This document shows positions 1 to 7,658 of a DNA stretch of 47,123 bases, piece by piece (positions within the stretch are counted from its first letter, which is position 1; each line of letters starts with the position of its first letter). This DNA comes from Acidimicrobiales bacterium. Its GTDB lineage: Bacteria > Actinomycetota > Acidimicrobiia > Acidimicrobiales > SZUA-35. The notes under the pieces were generated by a model. The model was given only the letters and a program-made list of their open reading frames with translations, did not search any database and had not been told where the DNA came from. Both the position numbers and the translations under genes were made by a program. The DNA lies in contig JAWSVN010000076.1 in assembly GCA_033851875.1 (NCBI GenBank), forward strand, positions 307-47,429, written 5' to 3'.

Positions 1-111
1 GTCCTCGGCGAGCTCGACGCCTCGATCGTCGACGCCTGGGCGGCCGCCTACGGCTACCTCGCCGACATCTTCATCTCGACCGAGGCCGAGCTCTACGCCG
101 CAGCGAGCTGA
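1..111 (+). CDS. Globin-domain protein, C-terminal fragment (runs in from window edge)
   Basis: Frame 1 reads VLGELDASIVDAWAAAYGYLADIFISTEAELYAAAS*, resembling the H helix of Vitreoscilla-type haemoglobin/flavohaemoglobin globin domains (AWxxAYGxxADxFI); TGA at 109-111. Confidence 0.8.
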   Translation, partial: VLGELDASIVDAWAAAYGYLADIFISTEAELYAAAS

Positions 112-159
112 GCGGGAGCGTCCGCCCTCGACGCGTGCGGTCGACCTAACGTCGCGGGG

Positions 160-1329
160 ATGCGCCCGCTGCGTCTGCTCCCCACCGCCCTCGGTTCGCT
201 GGCGATCGTCGCCGCGTCGCTCGTGCCGGCCAGTCCTGCCGCGGCGGCGTGCGGCGATGCCGCGGCCGCAGGGGTCAACTGGGTCGGCTGCAACCGCTCC
301 TTCGCCCAACTCAACGGCGCCGACCTGCGCCGCGCCAACCTGGCCGACGTCGACCTGAGCTACGCCGCCCTGTTCCAGGTCGACCTGTCGGGCGCCAACC
401 TGCGTCGGGCCGACTTCCAGGACGCCTTCCCGGTCGGCGCCGACCTTTCGTCGGCCGACGCCACCGAGGCCAACTTCGCCCACGCCGACCTCGTGGCCGC
501 CAACCTCGAGGGCACCGTGTTGCGCGGCGCCGATCTCCGGCGGGCCGACCTCGACTTCGCCCGCCTCGCCGGGGCCGACTTCACCGGCGCCCAGCTCGCG
601 GGCATCGACTTCACCGGTGCCACCGGCGGCGCGGAGGCCACATTCCTCGTCGGACCCGACGCCGCCGACGACCTCGCCGTGGCGCTCGGCGGGACCGCCA
701 CCACGATCGACCTGCTCGGGAACGACGACCGGGCCGGCGTCAACCGCAACACCGTCAACAGCGTGCTCGTGGTCGACGGACCCCGACACGGCACCTTCGA
801 CGCCGCCAGCGGCGCCTACCGGCCCGCCGAGGGCTGGCGCGGGGTCGACACCTTCACCTACCGCCCCGTCGCCCGCATCGACGGCGTGACGCTGCCGGCC
901 GGCGCCGAGACGACCGTCGCCGGCGAGATCGCCACCGCTACGGTCCGCACGGTGCGACCGGTCGCCGTGACCGCGCCGTGGGCCGGCCGGTCCGGCGTCG
1001 AGGGCGAGGTCGTCCGCCTCTACGTCGCGGCCTTCAACCGCCAGCCCGACCAGGGCGGCTTCGACTTCTGGGTCGGCCGCCGCCAGGCCGGGGTGAGCCT
1101 GGTCGACGTTGCCGCCGCCTTTCTCCAGTCGGACGAGTGGGCGTCGTTCGCCGACGTCGACGACGCCACCTTCGTCGACCTGGCCTACCTGTCGGTGTTC
1201 GGTCGCCGAGCAGACGCGGGCGGCCGGGCCTTCTGGATCGGCCAGTTGGGCGACGGCTATGGCCGCGACCGGATGCTCGCGTCGTTCGCCCAAGCCGACG
1301 AGTTCAAGGCGCTCACCGGCACGAGCTGA
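160..1329 (+). CDS. Secreted pentapeptide-repeat protein with Ig/cadherin-like middle domain and C-terminal DUF4214
   Basis: Signal peptide (MRPLR...PAAA); A(D/N)Lxx repeats at aa ~48-150; 'IDLLGNDD...YRPAEGWRGVDTFTY' Big_9-like motif; 'VVRLYVAAFNRQPDQGGFDFW...FVDLAYLSVFGRRADAGGRAFW' DUF4214-type. Confidence 0.85.
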   Translation: MRPLRLLPTALGSLAIVAASLVPASPAAAACGDAAAAGVNWVGCNRSFAQLNGADLRRANLADVDLSYAALFQVDLSGANLRRADFQDAFPVGADLSSADATEANFAHADLVAANLEGTVLRGADLRRADLDFARLAGADFTGAQLAGIDFTGATGGAEATFLVGPDAADDLAVALGGTATTIDLLGNDDRAGVNRNTVNSVLVVDGPRHGTFDAASGAYRPAEGWRGVDTFTYRPVARIDGVTLPAGAETTVAGEIATATVRTVRPVAVTAPWAGRSGVEGEVVRLYVAAFNRQPDQGGFDFWVGRRQAGVSLVDVAAAFLQSDEWASFADVDDATFVDLAYLSVFGRRADAGGRAFWIGQLGDGYGRDRMLASFAQADEFKALTGTS

Positions 1330-1345
1330 CGCTAACCTCCGGCGG

Positions 1346-1600
1346 ATGGCAGGAGGTGAGGCGACCGACGAGCGCGACCTGACGCGGGTACGAGGGATCG
1401 GCGACGAGTATCGCGACCTGCTCAACGCTGCCGGCGTCGAGTCGGTCATCGACCTCCGCCGCCGCAACGCCACCAACCTGACGGCTGCGCTGGCCGACGC
1501 CAACGCCAATGCGATCCGGTCGACCCGCCGCAGCATCGTGCGGCGCGTGCCGTCGCAGACCCAGGTCGAGCGCTGGATCGCTCACGCCAGCGTGCTCTAG
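1346..1600 (+). CDS. DUF4332-like helix-hairpin-helix protein (84 aa)
   Basis: DLTRVRGIGDEYRDLLNAAGVESVIDLRRRN...VRRVPSQTQVERWI; ATG at 1346 lies 7 nt after TAACCT. Confidence 0.75.
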   Translation: MAGGEATDERDLTRVRGIGDEYRDLLNAAGVESVIDLRRRNATNLTAALADANANAIRSTRRSIVRRVPSQTQVERWIAHASVL

Positions 1601-1654
1601 CCACTCGGCCGTTGCCTTCCTCACGTCGCGTCGCTTTGCGCCGATGGTGGGGAC

Positions 1655-1837
1655 ATGCCCGCCACGACTCTCGCGCCGACCACGCCAGCGCTGCCCCGCT
1701 ATCGCCGGGCCGGCCTGCGAATGAGTTGCCTGCGCTGCGAGGTCGCCTGGACCGGCACCGTCGACTCGACCTGCTGGGTGTGCGACGGTCCCGGGCTCGC
1801 CGGACCGCCGCCATCGATCTACCCCCAGCCCGACTGA
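1655..1837 (+). CDS. Small putative zinc-ribbon protein (60 aa)
   Basis: CLRC-x11-CWVC; fills the gap between the DUF4332 and LLM genes without overlap. Confidence 0.5.
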   Translation: MPATTLAPTTPALPRYRRAGLRMSCLRCEVAWTGTVDSTCWVCDGPGLAGPPPSIYPQPD

Positions 1838-1854
1838 GTCGCCCGGCGACGGAG

Positions 1855-2847
1855 CTACAGCCTCAGCGCGCCCGCCAGCAGCTCGTAGGACCGGACCCGG
1901 GCATCGTGGTCCCACACGATCGTCACGGCCAGCACCTCGTCGGCCCCGAACCGCTCGCCCAGATCGAGCAGTTCGGTCGCGCACCGTTGCGGGTTGCCGA
2001 TGATTGCGGGCCGCTCCTGTCCCTGGATCGTGAGGCGGCCGGTGGGTTCGACGTCGGTGGCCGATGACGCCGGCGGCGGGATCGGGCCCGACAGACCTCG
2101 ATTGCGCCAGGTCCGCACGCTCGTGGCCAGTCGCTCGGCCTCGTCGTCGGTCTCGGCGCAGATCACCGTCGTGGTCACGCTGACCTTCGGTTCGGCGTGG
2201 CGGGCCGACGGTTGGAACGACCGCCGGTAGTCCTCGACGAGCGGGGCGCCGTCCATCGTGCCGAAGAAGTGGGCCCACGCCAGGGGCAGCCCGAGCTCGG
2301 CCGCGAACCGGGCCGAGTCCGGGCTCGACGCCAGCATCCACACCGGGATCGGGCCCACATCGGCGCCAGGAACGGCCCGCACCCGTCCGGCGAACGGGCT
2401 CTGGGGCGGGATCGTGTCGTCGAGCCAGGCCACCAACTCACCGACCTGGTCGGGGTAGCTGTCGACGGGACGAAGCCGTTCCGAGGTCGACAGGGCGAAC
2501 ATGGTGTACTGGTCCGAACCAGGGGCCCGGCCGACACCGAGGTCGATGCGGTCGCCGTGGAGGGCGGCCAACACCTTGAACTGCTCGGCCACCTTGAGCG
2601 CCGCGTAGTGGGTGAGCATCACCCCGCCGGACCCGACCCGGATGCGTTCGGTGGCGGCCGCGATCGCCCCGATCAGGATCTCGGGCGCCGCGCCGGCGAG
2701 CCCGGTCGAGTTGTGGTGCTCCGACACCCAGAAGCTCTCGAAGCCGAGTCGTTCGGCATGGCGGGCGAGGTCGATCGTGTTGGCCAGCGCCACCGAGGCG
2801 TCGGCCCCCTCGGGGATGGGGGACTGGTCGAGGACGCCGAACCTCAT
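1855..2847 (-). CDS. LLM-class (luciferase-like) flavin-dependent oxidoreductase
   Basis: MRFGVLDQSPI...FWVSEHH...RVGSGGVML...RIDLGVGRAPG; ATG at 2847 overlaps the upstream stop (ATGA). Confidence 0.92.
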   Translation of the reverse strand: MRFGVLDQSPIPEGADASVALANTIDLARHAERLGFESFWVSEHHNSTGLAGAAPEILIGAIAAATERIRVGSGGVMLTHYAALKVAEQFKVLAALHGDRIDLGVGRAPGSDQYTMFALSTSERLRPVDSYPDQVGELVAWLDDTIPPQSPFAGRVRAVPGADVGPIPVWMLASSPDSARFAAELGLPLAWAHFFGTMDGAPLVEDYRRSFQPSARHAEPKVSVTTTVICAETDDEAERLATSVRTWRNRGLSGPIPPPASSATDVEPTGRLTIQGQERPAIIGNPQRCATELLDLGERFGADEVLAVTIVWDHDARVRSYELLAGALRL

Positions 2848-3626
2848 GAACGGAACGTCTCGGGCACCCACGGAGCGTCGGTGCGTTCCCGGAAAGCAGC
2901 GATGCCGGCCTGGGCCTCGGGCCCGTCGAACAGTTCCTGACTGCGCACGGCCGTCCACTCGAAGGCGGCGTCGTCGTCCATCTCGGGGATCCGGGTGATC
3001 AGGTCCTTGGCGGCGCCGAGCGCCGTCGGGCCGCCCCGCACCAGCTCGCCGACCCAGCCGTCGACCACGACGTCGAGCTCCTCCGCGGCGACCGCCCGGT
3101 TGATCAGGCCGACGTCGGCCGCGTGGCCCGGGGTGAAGCGGCGACCGGTGAGGAAGAGCTCGCTGGCGTCGCTGCGCCGCATCTTCGGCAGGCAGACCAC
3201 GCTGATCACCGCCGGCGCCACGCCGAGCCGGACCTCGGTGAAGCCGATCTTGGCGTCGTCGCGCATCACCGACAGGTCGCAGGCGGCGACGAGCCCGACG
3301 CCGCCGCCGGTCGCGTGGCCGTCGATGCGCCCGACGATCGGGGTGGGAGAGGCCTGGATCAGCTTGAACACGTCGACGAAGGTCGGGCCGCCCTGGTCGC
3401 CCACGCCCGGGCGTGTCGCCTTCAGGTCGGCGCCGGCGCAGAACGTGTTGCCGGCGTTGGTCAGCACGACCACCCGGGTGTCGTCGTCGGCGATGGCGGC
3501 CGCCAGGGCGTCGTGGAGGGCGCCGACCAGCTCGACCGACAGGGAGTTCTTGGCCTCCGGCCGGTTGAGGGTGAGGGTGCACACCCCGTCGGAAAGGGAC
3601 CGCAGGACAGCAGGCTCGGAGCTCAT
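2844..3626 (-). CDS. Enoyl-CoA hydratase/isomerase (crotonase) family
   Basis: TLNRPEAKNSL, FCAGADL, GGGVG, FTEVRLG motifs; start at 3626 (alternative 3635). Confidence 0.92.
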   Translation of the reverse strand: MSSEPAVLRSLSDGVCTLTLNRPEAKNSLSVELVGALHDALAAAIADDDTRVVVLTNAGNTFCAGADLKATRPGVGDQGGPTFVDVFKLIQASPTPIVGRIDGHATGGGVGLVAACDLSVMRDDAKIGFTEVRLGVAPAVISVVCLPKMRRSDASELFLTGRRFTPGHAADVGLINRAVAAEELDVVVDGWVGELVRGGPTALGAAKDLITRIPEMDDDAAFEWTAVRSQELFDGPEAQAGIAAFRERTDAPWVPETFRS

Positions 3627-3652
3627 GGGCCCCATGATCTACCGTGCGGGCC
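3627..3652. promoter_or_regulatory. Putative bidirectional leaderless promoter (enoyl-CoA hydratase / HIT)
   Basis: + TACCGT at 3640-3645, 7 nt before ATG 3653; - GATCAT at 3639-3634, 7 nt before ATG 3626. Confidence 0.5.
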
Positions 3653-4054
3653 ATGGCGTCGATTTTCACCCGCATCATCAACGGCGAGATCCCCGGACGG
3701 ATCCTCCACGACGACGAGCACTGCATCGCCATGCTCGACATCCGGCCCCTCCACCCGGGCCACACCCTGGTGATCCCCAAGACCGAGATCGACCAGTGGA
3801 CCGACCTCGACGTCGAGCTGGCCCAGCACCTGATGTCGATCGCCCACCGCATCGCGCGGGCCCAGAAGTCGGTCGTGCCGTGTGAGCGGATCGGGTTGAT
3901 GATCGCGGGGTTCGAGGTGCCCCACACCCACGTTCACGTCGTGCCGCTGGCGTCGATGGCCAACCTCGACTTTCGCAACGCCGACACCTCACCGAAGGCC
4001 GACGAACTCGACGCCATGGCCGACAAGCTGCGCGAGGCGATCGCCGCCTCGTAG
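3653..4054 (+). CDS. HIT family nucleotide hydrolase
   Basis: MASIFTRIINGEIP; histidine triad EVPHTHVHVVP. Confidence 0.93.
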   Translation: MASIFTRIINGEIPGRILHDDEHCIAMLDIRPLHPGHTLVIPKTEIDQWTDLDVELAQHLMSIAHRIARAQKSVVPCERIGLMIAGFEVPHTHVHVVPLASMANLDFRNADTSPKADELDAMADKLREAIAAS

Positions 4055-5118
4055 TGGGCGATCAGCTCGTCGCCGATCGCGCCCCAGGTGCGACCGGCGA
4101 CCTTGGCCCGACCCGCTTCGCCGAAGCGGGCCCGCAGGGCGGCGTCGCCGGCGAGCCGGGCCACGGCGGCCACCAGCTCGCTGGGTCGTCCCGGCGGGTA
4201 GAGGAGGCCGGTCTCCTCGGGCACGACCAGATCCAACGGACCGCCGGCGGCTGGAGCGACCACCGGAACCCCGGCGGCCATCGCCTCTTGGATCGCCTGA
4301 CAGAAGGTCTCGTGGGTGCCGGGGTGGACGAAGACGTCGAGCGACGCCACGGCCTCACCGAGAGCGTCACCACGGAGGAAGCCGGTGAAGGTCGCGCCGG
4401 GTAGTCGTTCGGTGAGCTGGTCGCGTTCGGGGCCGTCGCCCACGATCACGAGGTCGACGCCGGGGAGGGCCAGGACCGGGGCGAGGTCGTCGAGTTGCTT
4501 TTCGCGGGCGAGACGACCGACGTAGCCGACCCGCACGCGATCCTCACCCGGGCGTCGGATGCGGCGCCGCCGGTCGAACTGGAGGTGGTCGACGCCCCGC
4601 CCCCACACGGCGACCTCGCCGAAGCCGCGACGCTCGAGCTCGTCGGCGACGGTCTCGGTCGGGGCCAGGGTCAGGTCGGCGTTGCGGTGGACCCGCCGCA
4701 GCCAGGTCCACACCGGCCCCGACATCGCCGACAGTCCGTACTGGCGGACGAAGCCGCTGATGTCGGTCTGGAACACGGCGACGGTCGGCACGCCCCGGGC
4801 GGCCGCTCGTTCGCCGATCCGGGCACCGAGCACCACCGGTGCCGCCAGGTGCACCGCGTCGGGGCGGAATCGTTCGATCACCTCGTCGACCGCGCGCGAA
4901 CTCGCCAGCCCGAACGTCATCGAGCCGTAGAACGGGATCGTGGCGCCCGGGACCCGCGTGACGGGCACGTCGTCGACGGTCCGGTCCGGGCCCGGCGCCG
5001 GCGCTACCACCTCGACCTCGTGGCCGCGCGTTCGGAGATGGCGGACCATCCGCACGACCGAGTTGGTCACACCGTTGATCGACGGCTCGAAGCTCTCCGC
5101 GGAGATGAGGACACGCAT
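3934..5118 (-). CDS. GT4 glycosyltransferase (MgtA-like GDP-mannose-dependent mannosyltransferase)
   Basis: MRVLISAESFEPSINGVTNSV, WGRGVD, YVGRLAREK, ETFCQAIQEAMAAG. Confidence 0.88.
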   Translation of the reverse strand: MRVLISAESFEPSINGVTNSVVRMVRHLRTRGHEVEVVAPAPGPDRTVDDVPVTRVPGATIPFYGSMTFGLASSRAVDEVIERFRPDAVHLAAPVVLGARIGERAAARGVPTVAVFQTDISGFVRQYGLSAMSGPVWTWLRRVHRNADLTLAPTETVADELERRGFGEVAVWGRGVDHLQFDRRRRIRRPGEDRVRVGYVGRLAREKQLDDLAPVLALPGVDLVIVGDGPERDQLTERLPGATFTGFLRGDALGEAVASLDVFVHPGTHETFCQAIQEAMAAGVPVVAPAAGGPLDLVVPEETGLLYPPGRPSELVAAVARLAGDAALRARFGEAGRAKVAGRTWGAIGDELIAHYEAAIASRSLSAMASSSSAFGEVSALRKSRLAIDASGTT

Positions 5119-5217
5119 GCAGCGACCATGAGCGACGGGATTGAACGGCACGCCGCCGAGACGGGGCGATCAGGTGAACTTCTCCCGGCTATCGGCGTTT
5201 GCCTATCATCCCCGGCC

Positions 5218-6408
5218 ATGGCTCAACCCCTTGGTCCCAAGTCCGAGAACCCGCGCGACTTCCTCGCCACCGACTCGCTGCTGGCCGAGGACGAGATCCT
5301 CCTGCGCGACACCGTCCGCCGCTACGTCGACGAACAGATCCTCGACGAGGTCGGCGACTGGTTCGACCAGGGTGAGTTCCCCCACGCCGAGGTGGCCAAG
5401 GCGTGCGGCGACCTCGGCCTGCTCGGCATGCACCTCGAGGGCTACGGATGCTCGGGCTCGTCGGCCCTGATGTATGGCCTGGCCTGCATGGAGCTCGAGG
5501 CCGGCGACTCCGGGCTGCGCAGCTTCGTCAGCGTGCAGGGGTCGCTCGCCATGTTCCCGATCTGGGCCTATGGCTCCGAGGAGCACAAGCAGGAATGGCT
5601 GCCGCGCATGGCCGCCGGCGAGGCGATCGGCTGCTTCGGCCTGACCGAGCCCGACTCCGGCTCCGACCCGAGTTCGATGCGGACCAACGCCAAGCAGGAG
5701 CCCGGCGGCGACTGGATCCTCAACGGCACCAAGATGTGGATCACCAACGGCTCGATCTCCGATGTCGCCGTCGTCTGGGCCCGCACCGACGAGGGCATCC
5801 GCGGCTTCGTGGTCCCCACCGACGTCGACGGCTTCAGCGCTCCCAAGATCGAGCGCAAGGTGTCGCTCCGGGCGTCGATCACCAGCGAGCTGATCATGGA
5901 GGACGTTCGGCTCCCCGCCGAGGCCGTGCTCCCGGGTGTCGCCTCGATGCGCGGCCCGCTCAGCTGCCTCAACGAGGCCCGCTTCGGCATCGCGTTCGGT
6001 GCGGTCGGCGCCGCCCGCGCCTGCTACGAGGCCGCCCTCGACTACGCCAACGACCGGGTGCAGTTCGGCGGTCCGATCAGCCGCTTCCAGCTGACCCAGC
6101 AGAAGCTCGTCGACTTCATGACCGCCGTCCAGTCCGGCACCCTCGTCGCCTACCACCTCGGTCGCCTCAAGGACGCCGGCGCCCTGGGCCCGGCCCAGGT
6201 GAGCTTCGGCAAGCGGCAGAACGTGCGCATGGCCCTCGAGGTGGCCCGCGAGGCTCGCTCGGTGCTCGGCGCCAACGGCATCACCACCGAGTACCCGGTG
6301 GCCCGCCACATGAACAATCTCGAGTCGGTCTACACCTACGAGGGAACCAACGAGATCCACACCTTGATGATGGGGCAGGCCATCACCGGCCAGTCGGCCT
6401 TCACATGA
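5218..6408 (+). CDS. gcdH: Acyl-CoA dehydrogenase, glutaryl-CoA dehydrogenase-like
   Basis: DSGLRSFVSVQGSL, CFGLTEPDSGSDP, NGTKMWITNG, NLESVYTYEGTNEIH. Confidence 0.88.
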   Translation: MAQPLGPKSENPRDFLATDSLLAEDEILLRDTVRRYVDEQILDEVGDWFDQGEFPHAEVAKACGDLGLLGMHLEGYGCSGSSALMYGLACMELEAGDSGLRSFVSVQGSLAMFPIWAYGSEEHKQEWLPRMAAGEAIGCFGLTEPDSGSDPSSMRTNAKQEPGGDWILNGTKMWITNGSISDVAVVWARTDEGIRGFVVPTDVDGFSAPKIERKVSLRASITSELIMEDVRLPAEAVLPGVASMRGPLSCLNEARFGIAFGAVGAARACYEAALDYANDRVQFGGPISRFQLTQQKLVDFMTAVQSGTLVAYHLGRLKDAGALGPAQVSFGKRQNVRMALEVAREARSVLGANGITTEYPVARHMNNLESVYTYEGTNEIHTLMMGQAITGQSAFT

Positions 6409-6420
6409 TGAAGTAGAGGG

Positions 6421-7017
6421 ATGGAGCTCACCCCCGTGCAGGTACGCGTCCTCGGTTCGCTGCTCGAGAAGGCGGCGACCACGCCCGACGCCTACCCGCT
6501 GAGCACCAACGCCCTCGTCAACGCCTGCAACCAGAAGACCAGTCGTGACCCGGTCACCTCCCTCGCCGAGCGGGAGGTGACCGAGGCCATGATGGAGCTG
6601 CGGGCCGAGGGGCTCGCCCGCACCGTGCACGGCGGACGGGCCGACAAGCACAAGCACGTCCTCGACGAGGCCCTCGATCTCGACGGCGGCGAAGTCGCGG
6701 TGCTGGCGGTGATGATGCTGCGCGGCCCTCAGAGCCCGGGCGAGCTCCGCACCCGTACCGAGCGAGCCCACCCCTTCGCCGACCTCGAGGCGGTGAGCGA
6801 CGTGCTCGCCGAGCTCGAGACCCGTGGCCTGGTCCGCGATCACGGGCGCGCCGCCGGTCAGAGTCAGAACCGCTGGGGCCACCTGTTGGGCGACGGCACC
6901 GAACCCGAGCCGGTCGCACAACCCGCCGGGCCGAGCCTCGAGGAGCCGAGCCGCGAGGACCGACTGGCTGCGCTCGAAGCCCGCGTCGCCGCCATCGAGG
7001 AGGCCCTGGGTCTGTGA
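6421..7017 (+). CDS. yceH: YceH/DUF480 family protein
   Basis: RVLGSLLEKAATTPDAYPLSTNALVNACNQKTSRDPV, MLRGPQSPGELRTRTER. Confidence 0.9.
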   Translation: MELTPVQVRVLGSLLEKAATTPDAYPLSTNALVNACNQKTSRDPVTSLAEREVTEAMMELRAEGLARTVHGGRADKHKHVLDEALDLDGGEVAVLAVMMLRGPQSPGELRTRTERAHPFADLEAVSDVLAELETRGLVRDHGRAAGQSQNRWGHLLGDGTEPEPVAQPAGPSLEEPSREDRLAALEARVAAIEEALGL

Positions 7018-7658
7018 CCACGGTGCTCGTCTTCGCCGGCGGGCGCCGACTCGACGCCCCGACCGTCGCCCGGTTGCCGATCGCCGCCCTGGTGGTGGCC
7101 GCCGACTCGGGCGCCGACCGGGCGCTCGAGATCGGGGTGCGCCCCGACGTGGTCGTCGGCGACCTCGACTCGGTCTCGATCGACACCCTGGCCGAGCTGC
7201 GGGTCGACCCCGAGGTCGAGATCGACGAGCATCCGACCGCCAAGGACGAGACCGACCTCGAACTGGCGATGCTGCGAGCCCTCGCCGCCGAACCCGAACG
7301 GATCGTGGTCGCCGGCCTCGACGGTGGACGGCCGGACCATCAACTCGCCAACCTGTTGCTGTTGGCCGACGCCCGCTGGCGAGACGTGGTCGTCGACGCC
7401 GAACTCGAGGGCGCCAGCGTGCGCGTGGTCCACGACCGGCGCCAGCTCGACGCTCCGGCCGGTGCCCTCGTCAGCCTGTTGCCGGTCGGCGGTGACGCGC
7501 TCGGCGTGACGACCGGTGGCCTGGCGTTTCCCCTCGTCGGTGAAACCCTGCCCGCCGGCACGCCGCGGGGGATCTCCAACGTGGCCGAGGCCGCCGACCC
7601 CACCGTCGCCGTGGACCGCGGCACCCTGGTGGCGATGGTGATGCGCGGCCTGACATGA
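7014..7658 (+). CDS. thiN: Thiamine diphosphokinase
   Basis: AADSGA, VVGDLDS, KDETDLELA, GGRPDHQLAN, RGISN. Confidence 0.92.
   Translation: MTTVLVFAGGRRLDAPTVARLPIAALVVAADSGADRALEIGVRPDVVVGDLDSVSIDTLAELRVDPEVEIDEHPTAKDETDLELAMLRALAAEPERIVVAGLDGGRPDHQLANLLLLADARWRDVVVDAELEGASVRVVHDRRQLDAPAGALVSLLPVGGDALGVTTGGLAFPLVGETLPAGTPRGISNVAEAADPTVAVDRGTLVAMVMRGLT

Noticed and set aside
300-620. Recurrent 15-nt periodic GCCGACCT/GCCAACCT motifs resembling a repeat array or CRISPR
   Set aside because: Explained by the pentapeptide-repeat coding sequence; there is no fixed repeat/unique spacer structure and no cas genes.
1855-3927. 690-aa ORF suggesting a large fusion to the LLM monooxygenase
   Set aside because: The N-terminal 360 aa are an Arg/Pro/Gly-rich off-frame reading of the hydratase and HIT genes; the real start is 2847. 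The same applies to the extended ORFs 4495-6408, 11965-13560, 22494-24161 and 23444-24907.
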